A DNA stretch of 64,000 nt from Azolla caroliniana (lineage: Eukaryota > Plantae > Polypodiophyta), in the NCBI GenBank assembly GCA_043228905.1, contig JBHGNT010000009.1:8556001-8620000 (forward strand), in the 5' to 3' direction. Under the pieces are notes generated by a model, which made no database searches, had not been told where the DNA came from, and saw only the letters and a list, made by a program, of their open reading frames with translations. The first letter of the stretch is position 1. Every line of letters starts with the position of its first letter. Positions 24,336 to 36,921 of the stretch are shown piece by piece. The position numbers were made by a program, and so were the translations under genes.

Positions 24336-24784
24336 GTTTCACTTCAAGGTTTGGGCCCTAAGAATAAGGGAACTCAATCTCTGGATATGGAAAAACCAAA
24401 TTTGTGGTTATAGATAAGGGAAAAAACCGTTGGATAGAACTAGTAGTGATGTTGTTGTTGAAAAGGATTGGAATCAGGTTAAGGGAAAATCAATGAATAT
24501 GCAACGTAATTAGTTTGCCCACTACTCGTGAGATTACTTGGAAAAGTAATTCAAGCACTAGGGAGGGCCCTCGAAAAGTTCCTTGGCAAAGACAATTTAG
24601 GGATAAGGGATTACCCCTTCACCTTCAATTTGATTAATTGGGACGGGTTGTAAATTTATCTAATTCTCGAGGTTTTCGTCAAGCGGGAGAACCTAAACAA
24701 AAGATTCATTGGAACATGCTTTGACTAGTTTCATGACATCGGTTGCTCTAAAGGAGCAAGCGCACCTATAACTTTGTTGATTGA

Positions 24785-27700
24785 ATGAAAGTGGTAACAT
24801 GGAATGTGAGAGGGGCATGTCCTCCTCATAAGAAGTATGTATTATGGCAAACTTTGTTAAGTAAAGAATGGGATATATTATGTGCAATTGAGCGTAAGTG
24901 TCATGAGTTTTAGGATCCACAGTTCATTTGCATGGATATTCATCATTCTATGCAGGACATCTTAATAATCATTATTCAGGTGTGGTATTAATCGTGCGGG
25001 ATAAATATTATCCTCAGGTGGTGCATAATGATCCTTATGGTCGATTTTAGGTTCTAGAAATTACTTTTTTTGGGGAGGTTATGTGGGTGGTTGGGATTTA
25101 TGCCCCTAACCAAGCCACTCAACGTATTGCATTATGGGGCTCAATCCTTCAAACCCTATGTGTGGGCCATCCAGGATTACTTATGGGTGATTTTAACATG
25201 TGTGTTGATGCATCTCAATCTACGTCTGAACATTCAATCATGGATGATCCTGAGCAACTTGCTTGGGATTCATTGGCTATGGAGGTTCTGAAGTTGGATG
25301 TTTGGACATGGTTACATGGGAATGATCCAGGTTTTACTTTCCAATCCGCTCAACATAGACAAACATGGAGTCGGTTAGATAGAATGTATGTGATGCACAA
25401 TGATTCTTTTTTACTGACATCACTTCGTATGGCAGTTTTACAAGATGTAGGAACTTCAGATCACTTTCCTATTTGTTTGGAGGTTTGTGATCATGCAATT
25501 GACATGTATAAATCCTTACTACGAAAGCCTCCATTACGCTTTAACTCTTCTCTTTTGCTTCAACCTCACTTTGATTCTCTCATGCTGAAAATTTTGGTAA
25601 ATTTTTCACAAGAAGTGAATCTTAAAGGAGTTAATGCATGGGATATCACGTTACGAAATATTAAGATCATTCATCGCATGTATGGAGTAACTAATGCTCA
25701 ACGAAGAAGAGGTCTTCTTCTACAATTCTCACAAGTTCTCTCTAGGTGTAATGTATTATTGATACATGCACCATTAGATGAGGAACTTTTGGATATCCAA
25801 AGTCAATTGCATGTTATTATTTCTCAGTTGCAATGCCAAAGCTATCGTTATGCGAAGATGCGACAATTGAGGGATGGGCTCATAGATAATCAATGTCAAT
25901 CTCATTTGTTTTTCCAAGCGTTACATCCTACTTATACTCGATCTAATGTGGTACATGTGAAGCAAGGGGATGAGTGGATAGTGGATCCTACTACAATAAT
26001 TGACATATGTGTTCATTGCTTTAAGGAGTTGATAGGCCTACAATTGTTAATGACAAATGAGGTGAGTAGAGCACGTCATGAGTTTTATGATGTGGTTGGA
26101 TGTATTGTGCATGATCTCATTAGTCATGAATTGGATGCGGATTTCACTGAGGATGAGGTGGACACAGTTTTAAGGCATCTTCCTAGTGGTAAGAGCCCTG
26201 GTTGGGATGGCTTGACAAATGAAATTTTTAAGCGATATTCGAACATTTTAAAGGGGCCCTTAACTTTGATGTTTCAACATTCTTGGGATTCTGATCGTAT
26301 GCCTCAAGCTTGGAAGGTTGGTCTAATTAAATTAGTTCCAAAGGTGGCATCTCCAGAGTCGTTTCATCAATGGAGACCTATTTCTTTGATGGGGGGGTTG
26401 TATAAGATATTTACAAAGGTCTTGGAAAATAGATTACAAAAGTATTTGCCAAAGTTGATACATCCTATCCAATATGGTTTTATTGCAGGTAGGAATATAT
26501 TGCATAATGTGTTGAATGTTCAAATGGCCATGGCTTATGCTCGAAACACTCATCAAGAATTGATTATGGTGCAATTAGATTTGGAGAAAGCTTATGATCA
26601 TGTTAATTTGTCCTTTGTTTCTAGGTTAATGCATACAATGGGCTTTGGACCTCGTATGTCTCGCCTCATATTTTTACTAAGACAAGATGCGGTGTCTCGA
26701 GTCATGCTTAATGGAGGAGTTACATCAGATATTGCCCTTACAAGATCTGTTCGTCAAGGAGGCCTTATTTTCCCATTGTTGTTTGCTATGTTACTCATCC
26801 CTTGTTAGTGATGTTATCCAAGCTTGCAACAAATGGTGATACTGTGGGTTTACACCCTCCAGTTGGAGGGCAACTAGTTGCACAAGCTTTGGCTGATGAT
26901 TCTTTCATGTTTTTACAAGCCTCACGAGAGAATTTTGAGAAGGGGATGCTCGTATGGAACCAATTTGCATTGGTTTCTGGATTACAAATTAATTGGAGGA
27001 AGTCTAGTCTCATATCATGTACTGAAAGGGATTTGGAATGTTTAGGATGGTAAGGATCCATGGTGAAGAAAGACTTTATTTTTCAACACTTGGGCTATCC
27101 ATTAGGAATGAATGTTACAAATGGTGAATTGATTGAATGGATGTCTAGTAAATTGAGGGATAAGTTCATGTATTGGAAATCACAATCTTGGCTATTTCAT
27201 GTACATTTGAAGGTTGTACAATGTATTATGGAACCTATGATATTATATTGCTTGCCATTGCTGCCATGGATGAAGAAGGCTTTGCATTCTATTTTGCAAC
27301 CTCTTCGATATTTGTTGTGGAAGAAGAGGGATAAGATGGGAATCACTTGGGTTCCATGGAATAATCTAGCAACTCCTAAGCACTTGGGGGAGCTGGAATA
27401 TTGAACTTATCTAAGCATATGATGGCTCGTAGATTTTCATTATTACAAGACATGTGTTCAAACTCACAACCATGGATATCTATTGTTCAATCTTTCATTG
27501 AGAACCATGGTTTAACACATGGGAGGACAACAATAAAGGCTTCATGGTGGCAATTACTGAATGGATATATTTCATATAGGATTCCGGGCTCTCCATGTGT
27601 TCAACACTTGTTACCTCATGGCAAGAAGCACTCTTGTTATGTGTATGGAAACCATCATCTAGTAGAGAGCATTGTAATTCTTTGCAAAAAGAGTTACATG

Positions 27701-28860
27701 TGTCTTCTCAGTTATTATGTTGGCTAGGAAAGGAGAGATTGCACTCTCAATTTAATCGTTTGTTTCGTTTGGGGGTCAAAGAGGTGGGAGATATAGTTGA
27801 GGCTCCATCTCAAAGAATTTTGGAGTTTGTTGAAGCACGATAATTATTACACATTCCGCCTAATTATGGGTTTATTTGGCAACAACTACAAAATATTCCA
27901 TTGATGCAAGGTCCCTTACCTCTACAAACAGGAGAACAACCGTGGATTGATTGGTGTTTAAAGGGTCAAAAATCGTTGTTACAAGTGACTACTAATCTTT
28001 TGTATCATTGCTCTGTTGAGTCTCTTGGATGGTTATCATCTAAGGATGAAGAAGAATGGAGATTACACAAATCTGATCATGGGTGGTGGCAAATCTTACA
28101 ACGTAGTTGGCATTCTAAATTGCCACTTGTAGCAAAGGTCTTCATTTGGAGAGTTTTGATTGGAGGATTGTCTTTGGGATTATCTCTAAAGCATCGTGGA
28201 CTAGCAACAAGTAATTGCTTTTTTTGCACTGTTCAAATGGAAGATAGTACTCATCGATTTATACCATGAACCATACGTACTATACATGCATTCGCATTCG
28301 TGAATGGTTCAATCATTCGCGAAAGAAAAACACCCTCAAAGAATGAAAAATACCATACTTTTGGATTAACTATTTATTATGAGGTAGGTAAGCCTAAAAA
28401 TGAAAAAAACAAAACAAAAAAAAACATTAAAAAATGGGAAAAAAACAAAAAAAAAAACACAAGAATGTTTGGATAACATTCGCATTCGTTTTCCAACGTA
28501 GGAAAACGAATGTTATACTAGACGAACACGAATTTTACGTACTATGATTTATACAATATCTGATTGCTTCTCAGATTTGGAGTTACATTTTTGAAATTTG
28601 GCAAGTTTTATCACGGTGTTATTTGACACCTAGATAGTGGGTGTTTGCACAATTTACACAGGTTGACCCAAAGTTAGAGATGGAGATTGTTTTTCTATTT
28701 CTGAGATATTGGGGATTGCGTCATAATTGGACTATGTGCAACGCTTTTGTATTCGATGGTAGACATGGAGTGAAAGCATATCTACGAAAGTTGAAGGGAG
28801 TACTACGAGCAAGTGGAGATTCTTTCCTCAGTGGAGTGTTTGTCTTGCCTATTGGCAATT
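24785..28860 (+). pseudogene. LINE-b ORF2 (APE endonuclease, RT, C-terminal zinc finger), frameshifted
   Basis: Starts MKVVTWNVRG at 24785. Motifs: IYAPN, MGDFN, SRLDR, SDHFP, KSPGWDG, WRPISL, LDLEKAYD, SVRQG, ALADD, CFFC...EDSTH. Confidence 0.93.
28265..28546. mobile_element. hAT-type MITE, copy 2, inserted in the LINE-b zinc finger
   Basis: Perfect 8-bp TSD ATTTATAC at 28257-28264 and 28547-28554; ends CAT...TACTATG. Confidence 0.9.
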
Positions 28861-29459
28861 CAACATGTTCCATTACCCATGTAATGTAGTTAGTGGGTGA
28901 CCATACTTTATTGTCACACCCATTGTAATTATTTTCATGACAAGAAAGTCAATAGTTTCATATTCCATCTGTCATGTTCTTTTATCCAATTTGGAGATAA
29001 GGAATGGAATTCCATGTAAGCTTAACTGTATTAACCCCGATTTTACAAATTATGAAAATGGTACCCCATTGAACAAATTTTACAAATTATGCGTAATTTA
29101 TGTCTATTTATATAGAATGTGTCTCTTAGTATTAAATGCAATCCAATTTGTTATTGATCTGTCTCAAAATGTAGACCATTGTTCTCAACTTGTTGTCATG
29201 TTAAGAACTTTATTTCAGAAACAACCTGTTGTAACTTTGTTTCGGACCAAGATGCATTACCATGGACAAGGGGACCATTCGCAGTCCACATATTTGGTTT
29301 TTTATTTGCATTTTTAAATTGTGTGTGGATTTTGTGGTTACATGGAAAGATTGAATAATTCCCATAAAATGAGTATTTCTTAACAAAAAAACGTGGTGAA
29401 AACTACAGAAAATGGAGGTCTAACTACATAGAAAACTAGGGAAAATTTTGTATATTTTC

Positions 29460-30870
29460 AAATCTGATGCAGTGATTCGCATTTTTGTTGCAAATCCAAC
29501 ACTTACAGCAAGAATCCATTGCATTGCATTAGATACAAGATGTATAGAGTATAATCCGATTAAATGCATCGTGGTTCTAAGTCATGCTTCTTGTTTGTCT
29601 TTGTGTTGTGTCTAGAGCCACATTTAGGACCCGATTCACTATATTGGATTTTCAACTAGAAAAAAATTGACAAAATAAAAATCTTGGATTTTCAACTGCA
29701 ATCCAAATTGAAACTCCAAGATTTTTTTAAATTTTATCCATAAAAAAATAAAAAATGGATTTTTTGCTAAAATATGATGCACTACATTGTATTTTAGTCT
29801 ATACATCTAGAATCCAATGCAATGCATTGGATTAAAGTCGAAAATCCTTTTTTCTTTTTTCTTTTTTCAATGTTTTTTATTTTATTATTTTTTCCATAAA
29901 AATAATAAAATGGATTCTCAACTGAAAACTGATGCACTGCATCGGATTTCAATTGAAAATCAAATTTTCTTTTAGTTTTTTCATAAAACAATGAAAGAAT
30001 AAAAAACAAAATTGGATTTTCAATTGAAATTTGATGCACTACATCGGATTTCAGTTGAAAATCCATTATAAATAAAATAAATAAAAGAAAAATCTTGGAC
30101 TTTCAACGTGCATCAGATTTTAGTTGAAAATCCATGATAAATAAAATAAATAAAAGAAAATTCTTGGACTTTCAACGGAAATCCGATGCCGTGCATCAAA
30201 TTTCCGTTGAAACTCTGTCATTTTCAATGGAAATCTGACCATTGAAAATCCATCATTTTGAATGGCCAAAATCCATTGAAAATGATGGATTTCCAACTAG
30301 AATCCGATGCACTGCATCGGATTCTAGTTGGAAATCCAAGATTTTTTTTGTTTTTAATATTGTTTTATGGAAAAAAAAATTTTAAATAAGAAAAATTGAA
30401 AACAAATAAGAAAAAGTGGGTTTTCAATAGAAATCCGATGCAATGCATCGGATTTTAGTTGAAAATCCATTTTTTCAAATTTTTTTATTTTTATGGGAAA
30501 AATAAAAAAATTTAAAACAAATTTAGAAAAATGGATTTTTAATTGAAATCCGATGCATTGCATTGGATTCTAGCTCTATAGACTAAAATCTGAATTGTGT
30601 CGGATTTTAGTTGAAAATCCATTTTTTCAATTTTTATTTGTTTATATTTGGAAAAAATGAAAAAAATGAAAAAAAAATGGATTTTCAACAGAAATGGATT
30701 CTAGATGTATAGACTAAAATTCGATGTAGTGCATCAGATTTCAGTTAAAAACTTTTAAAATTTTCCAAGACTTACAACATGAATCCGATGCACTACATCA
30801 AATTCTAGATGTATAGAGTAAAATTTGACATAGTGCATCAGATCTAGATGGAATGCATTGGATTTTTGTT
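29460..30870. repeat. AT-rich foldback-like array of palindromic units (AAATCCGATGCAnTGCATCGGATTT), probably DNA-transposon derived
   Basis: More than ten degenerate palindromes separated by A/T tracts. Segment ~29760-29850 is the reverse complement of ~30520-30620. Confidence 0.75.
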
Positions 30871-31639
30871 TGACATCAAAGGTATGAGAATCTAAGAAAA
30901 ACGAAAAACATCTTTACGGCAATTTTTAGATTCTAATGATTTTGGTAGAAGGTTTCTCTCACATAATCAAATATCGTAAATAGAAAGTACATAATTAAAT
31001 ATCATAAACAAAAATTGAAGAAGAAAGAATGCATCAAGCATATCTACTCTTACATTGTATAATGTTTATATACTAGTGTATGACTTATCTTTGACCAAAA
31101 CATGCTATCCGCGACACACCATAACGAAGATACTAAAGAGGATCTCGAATGTGGCTCCAGACACAACACAATGACAAACAAGAAGCACGATTGATAACCA
31201 CGATGAGGTTGGATTGCAATTAGATGAAGACAATGCATTAGTTGCCATTGATGATGAGGATGACACCTCATAAACTCCTACTAGTTCATCTAATGGGTAT
31301 GAAGATGATGGCATAAACTTGGAAAACGATTGTTTTGATACGTTAACTGTAAATTTTGTAGTTTACATCAAGATTTGGATTTGTGAATTTCTATAAATAT
31401 TGGTGTTAGTCATTTTGGAAATTTATTTGTAAGTTTGGCATGTCCATTATTTAGGCATTTTTTTGAACACCTAAATTTTTGTACATGCTAGAAATCAATA
31501 TATTTTTGGTGATTTTGTGAAATCCTTTACGCATGCGGCACCCCTTTTTGTGAATCACCCAAATTTGTGCCTTTTTTTGACGGACAGTTCTTAAAATGCG
31601 ACATATTACCTATTTCAAATGACCCGGTGTTGTAATTCG

Positions 31640-32427
31640 AACGCCTGACGACATCATGATCTCCCAACGATGTTATATCCTCAATCTTCTTTACAAGTTT
31701 GGGATGACAGAGTGTAACCCCGTCGCCCCTCTTGATCGAAACCTAAAGCTAGAAGTTGAGTCTAGCACAAAAGAGTGTGAGCCGACTCTCTATCGTCAGC
31801 TAATCGGAAGCCTAAACTATCTCACTGTCACCTGACCCGATCTTAGTTACTCGGTTAGACTCCTTAGCCAATTCATGGAGATTCCACGTGACATTCATCT
31901 TGATTGTGCTAAGAGAGTACTAAGGTATGTGAGTGGGACCATGGATTTCGGCATCCCCTACAGATCGGCGACATCAATTCGACGCAAAGGGTACACCGAT
32001 GCCGATTGGGCAGGCTACAAAGCCGACAAACGATCAACATCGAGATTCGTCTTCTCTCTCGGCAGCGGTGCCATATCGTGGAGCAGCAAAAAGCAATCGA
32101 CAGTCGCACTGTCGAGCACAGAAGACAAATACAAGGGTGCGGTTGTCGCCGCATGTGAAGCCGTTTGGCTTAAGCGTATATTGAAGGATTTGGGTGTTTG
32201 CGTAGTGGATATGATTCTCTTGTATTGTGACAACATGAGCAACATCCACCTGACCCGAAACGCAGTTTTCCACGCTCGGACTAAGCACATTGAGGTGCAC
32301 TATCATTTCATCCGAGAACATGTCTTGGCCGGAGACGTCAACCTACAACACATCAACATGAATCTACAGACGATCAACATCTTCACAAAGGCCCTAGGCG
32401 CCAACAAGCTACGACAGTTCACGATGA
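31640..32427 (+). pseudogene. Copia-4: LTR-less Copia RT-end/RNase H fragment, related to Copia-2
   Basis: YTDADWAG, ISWSSKKQSTVALSSTE, LYCDN, FHARTKHIEVHYHFIRE. Confidence 0.9.
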
Positions 32428-32650
32428 TTAAATAGATTGATGTTTCTTAACCGAGCAGAACCTCCAAACTGTTTAACACGATTTAATGGCTTGGTTCGGG
32501 ATTGAGCCGAGCCATTGCCTAGTATTTAGAGAAAAAGTCATATGGTTTTTCTTTAAAGGAGACAATTAAATAGATTGACGTTTCTTAACCGAGCCAACCT
32601 CCAAACCGTTTAAGACGGTTTAACGGCTCGGTTCAAGATTGAGCGGAGTC
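32428..32650. repeat. Diverged direct duplication (~138-bp period) with internal AACCGAGC...GCTCGGTT inverted repeat
   Basis: ATTAAATAGATTGAyGTTTCTTAACCGAGC at 32428 and 32566. Confidence 0.8.
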
Positions 32651-32654
32651 GGAC

Positions 32655-32953
32655 CATAGTATGAACCATACGTACCATACGTGCATTTGCATTCGCGAAT
32701 GATTGAACCATTCATGTAAGAAAAACACCCTCAAAGAATGATAAATACCATACTTTTGGATTAACTATTTATTAGGAGGTAAATAAGCCTAAAAAACGGA
32801 AAAAAAACAAGAAAAAAAAACATTAAAAGAATGGGAAAAAAACAAAAAAACACACACAAGAATGTTTGAATAACATTTGCATTTGTTTTCCAACGTAGGA
32901 AAACGTAGGAAAACGAATGTTATGCTAGACGAACACGAATTTTACGTACTATG
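32655..32953. mobile_element. hAT-type MITE, copy 3, ~260 bp upstream of the UGT start codon
   Basis: TIR CATAGTA...TACTATG. Flanks GAGTCGGAC and GAGCGGAC fit an 8-bp TSD with a 1-nt indel. Highly similar to copy 2. Confidence 0.88.
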
Positions 32954-33149
32954 GAGCGGACCCATCGCCTACCCCTTTAGGATACATACATAGGTTCGGT
33001 TTGTAGGGTATATAGTACATATATGTATGTATACAGACATATAAGCTTTTCCTTAAAAGCTGCAGATTTGTAGGATACATACATAGATTCGGTTTGTAGA
33101 GGGCGACCAATTTCTCCTGAAAGCAGCAGATTTCTTTCTACACCCCACT

Positions 33150-33167
33150 AAACCCTAAAAACCCTAA
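33150..33167 (+). promoter_or_regulatory. Two tandem telo-boxes (AAACCCTAA) upstream of the UGT
   Basis: AAACCCTAA at 33150 and 33159; a third copy is in the intron at 34015. Confidence 0.55.
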
Positions 33168-33216
33168 CCTCCCCTCGCCACAGACACATACATAGATTGA
33201 TAGACGCAGTGCAGTC

Positions 33217-34995
33217 ATGCCAAACATTGTGGTGTTGTGCTTACCTGTTCAAGGCCACATCAATCCTTGCCTCACCATGATCAACCTTCTGATTCCGCAT
33301 GGCTTCACCTTCACCTTCATCGTCACTGAAGAGCTTGCAGCCACCCTCTCTAACCCTAACCCTAACCCTAGCCCTAGCCCTAGGCCTAGCTTCCCCCCCA
33401 ACCCATCAGATCCCCAAGAAGAAGGAGACTTATTAGCTCTCCTAGACGAGCCCTTGCCGCAACCTATTCGATATGTCTCGATCCCCAGCATCTCCTTCGA
33501 TGAAGCGGTGCAAAGATCAGATGCTAGCTCTTCCCTCTCCCCACACATCGAGATCATGAGAAGCATGCGCCCCGGGTTTGAAGGCCTCCTCTGTTCTTCG
33601 TCACCATCGTGCATCATCGCAGATTCCTTTGTATCATGGGCCTCTGAGGTTGCCTTACAATTCCAGGTTCCCATCTTCACTATGTTTACCACTAATTCGC
33701 GTACTATGTCTGCGATTTTTCACATTGATGAACTCATCGCCAGTGGTGCCTCGCCAATGTCTGGTAATTTTAATTTTCTTTCATAGATCAAGTCATTGTA
33801 ATTAGATCTTGCCTAGAAACCCCAAGATTTTGTCCGATAAACGGTGGTTGACTATTTGAAGGATTGGAAAGAAGATCTTGTCTTTACCTATATTAGTTAA
33901 TTAGAAGAGCCCATTCACTGTAATTGGAAGAAATGACTTGGGGCAGTTAGTGCTAAAGATCCTAGGTTTGAGGCCTTGTGTGTTATTTCCTTACTTTTTT
34001 ATCCATGACTCTGGAAACCCTAATTTGATTTTAGTTTATGTTTCTCATGTTCTATTTTTTTCTCGTTAGATCCGCAACAAATTGTCGATTTCATTCCTGG
34101 CCTTCTACCACTCCGAGTAGCCGATCTCCCACAATCTGTTCGAATGCACCCCTCTTTTGTTGTCGAGTTGAAGAAAAATATGTCCAAAGGAGCTGGAACA
34201 ATCTTGAACACAGCATATGAGCTCGAACGAAAATCTCTCGACGCCATAAGCCAGAAGATTCCTGTCTATCCCATCGGCCCTATGTTACTCATGTCGACCC
34301 CCCCTCAAACCACTATTGTCAGAGACACCATTGCACTCTGGGCTGAAGACAGAGAGTGCATTGCTTGGCTTGATACTGCACTTCCTTCTTCCGTTATTTT
34401 CGTATCTTTTGGAAGTTTGGTAAACTCAACTGTCGATCAGGTAAAAGAGATCGCTGAGGGTCTTGAGGCAAGTGAGCAGCCATTTCTATGGGTTATCCGA
34501 TCGAATGCTATTGAGGGGCATTCATGGTCAGGTGTGCTCCCAGAGGGTTTTGTGGAGAGAATGAAAGGGCGGGGTCTTATCATCTCATGGGCTCCTCAAT
34601 TGGAGGTCTTATCACATCCATCCGTAGGTGGTTTCATCACTCATTGTGGATGGAACTCGATAACCGAGAATCTCTCGACGGGATGCATTCCTATGCTATG
34701 TTGGCCACAATTCGCGGAGCAAAGACTTAATGCCAGGGTCTTGGTGGATGAGTGGAGAGTAGGCTTGGAATTCGAAGTGGAATATGGTAATATAGTGAAA
34801 GCTACTGCAATACAGAGGGCGGTTCGCGAACTAATGCAAGGAGACACGGGAAAGGAGATTAAGAAGAGAACTCTTGTTCTCAAGGAAGTGGTCTCCCAAT
34901 CCGTGCAAGAAGGCGGATCTTCTCACTGCTATCTTCGGTCCTTGGTACAGGACTTGAAAAAGGCATGTCAAATATTAGAGTTAAAACAGACTTAG
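33217..34995 (+). CDS. Family-1 UDP-glycosyltransferase (plant UGT), two exons join(33217..33763,34070..34995), ~490 aa
   Basis: QGHINP (catalytic His) and CIIADSF (Asp). A phase-1 GT..AG intron at 33764..34069 restores the frame into DPQQIVDFIPGLLPLRVADLP. PSPG box WAPQLEVLSHPSVGGFITHCGWNS...WPQFAEQ; C-terminal GGSS. Confidence 0.95.
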
Positions 34996-36921
34996 AAAGG
35001 AAGAGTTGGGTGATCTAGTATAGTAGCAAAGGAGTAATCATCATCCCCCACACATTCAGTCAATGACCCGAGATGATGAACGGTCTTGACGATCAGAGGA
35101 AGTTTTTTTTTTCTCAACCTGTATGTCTCGACATGTACGGCTACAAAATGAAAGAAGATGATCAAATCATTTTGTAACTAGTAGAGGAAAGAGAGAATAT
35201 ATTGATCCAACATTGTGGTGATGCCTTGAGGAAAATTTCTAGGAAATTCTAAATATCCTGAGCTAGTACTCCAAAAACTTCAAGATAATTGGACTCCTTA
35301 TTCTGTTGCCAATGGCACACTGGGTGAACCACCTTTAAATTGCGCATTTCTTTGTATTATATATTTTGCTAAAATTTGTGACAATTTTAACTTGAATATT
35401 TTGTTTATGTAAATATCCTACAAATACAAGTGGCAAGTATCGGACTTTGTACTTGCACAATATGAGGTACAATGTATAAATGACAATAATGAAGCATATA
35501 GTAAATATGAATGCTTTGATGGATATCCTGCCAAAACGCATGCAAGGATAAAATCAAGGGCATGTTAAAAGAGAGAATACTATTTTTATTTGATAAGAGA
35601 GCTCTAACTTGCTATGTAGAGTGCAAGAGATCTCGTTGTCAAATCCACAAATTTTGGGAATCAAAAGCCCAAGCTTTGTCAACAATCATTGTTTTTGAGA
35701 ATTTGAACACAAGCTTCGACAAAAAATTGAACCACAGATTAGTGAATTGCAAGGGCATGGTGGAGGCCGAGGACAAGAGCTTCTTCTATTGCCATTGTTT
35801 TTGGGAATTTGAACCCCCACATTGAAACTTAGGGATCTCTCATTAAACAATCTTTTAATCTTTTCACCCTATGTAGGGTTTCCAAACAATAATCTAGATA
35901 ATTCAAATCATATTGCCTAGGTTGTAATTCCATGGGATTTATAATTGTTATTCTATTTGTATCTCTTGATATTTACACATTTGGTTTCCTCATTGGATAT
36001 CATAGGCGATCCAATTTAAGAAAAGAATCGTCAAAGGAGAAGGGGAACAATGAATTTCCTCAATAATTGGTGAGTTTATTCCATAGGCATGAACGTAAGA
36101 TGTATTGTACAATTCTCCACAAGTGAAACTTTTGCTTTCGTGTTGAATTTGTGGAGATGTAATCTTGTGTGAGCATAATGGACCACGTGTCGTCCACCAT
36201 GATTTAAGATGGAAAAGTGTTTGGTAAGGCTCTCTTTGAAAAGTGCACGCTTGTGTCCTTATGGAACCTGCAAAGTCATTCTTTTCATGTAAGCCTGAGG
36301 GAATCACACATTTCCCACCAGTTATGTCTTTTGTTAAAAACTTGTCACGAGTCAAAGTAACCCAGTTTTCTTATTTCTTAATCCCTTGTATTCAATTTAT
36401 GACCAACAAAAACACTCAAGCTTCAATGAAATTAGAATTGAGACTTCATATCAAAATTTGTTCACTATCCAAATCTGAACCCACATCTTCATAATTTCAA
36501 AAAATCCAATGCCCACCCATTAGGCAATACTCAATCTTTGGAAAGTGCCCAACCAACATGGGTTCAACTTAATCCACTTTATGAACTTTTGCACACAACA
36601 ATTCTCATTAGGGAAACCCCTCCTTGTGGGAACTCAAAACACCATGTTAACTATCATGTGGATTCTACACAAACGAAGAGGGATTTCTGCTGAAAACTTG
36701 TTCGTTACGTTACGTTAAAGGGGATCTTTTTGGAATGTGAACTTGTTGTGGTCTCACAACAAGTTCTATCATGTAAATCACTACACACAAAGGATTTCCT
36801 TCATGGAGGATGCTTGCAAGACAAGAAGAGAAGTAAAGGAGTAGGCAATGGGCTTGATTCCCTTTGATGCAACCATTGTCGCAACAACTCAATGTCTTGA
36901 TGTATGAAGCCTATGTTTCAT

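Noticed and set aside
29460-30870. Palindromic repeats with spacers resembling a CRISPR array
   Set aside because: The repeats are degenerate and irregularly spaced, the spacers are A/T tracts that are themselves repeated, there are no cas genes, and the context is eukaryotic.
28923-31637. TTGTAATT at 28923 and 31630 as an 8-bp TSD around the foldback region
   Set aside because: There are no matching terminal inverted repeats inside, and an AT-rich 8-mer is likely to recur by chance.
33217-34995. Assigning a UGT family number or a biosynthetic gene cluster
   Set aside because: A family assignment needs a phylogeny, and no other host enzyme genes are in the window.
35330-36920. Possible further decayed LINE downstream of the UGT
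   Set aside because: No convincing motif could be read, so it was left unannotated. tBLASTn would settle it.
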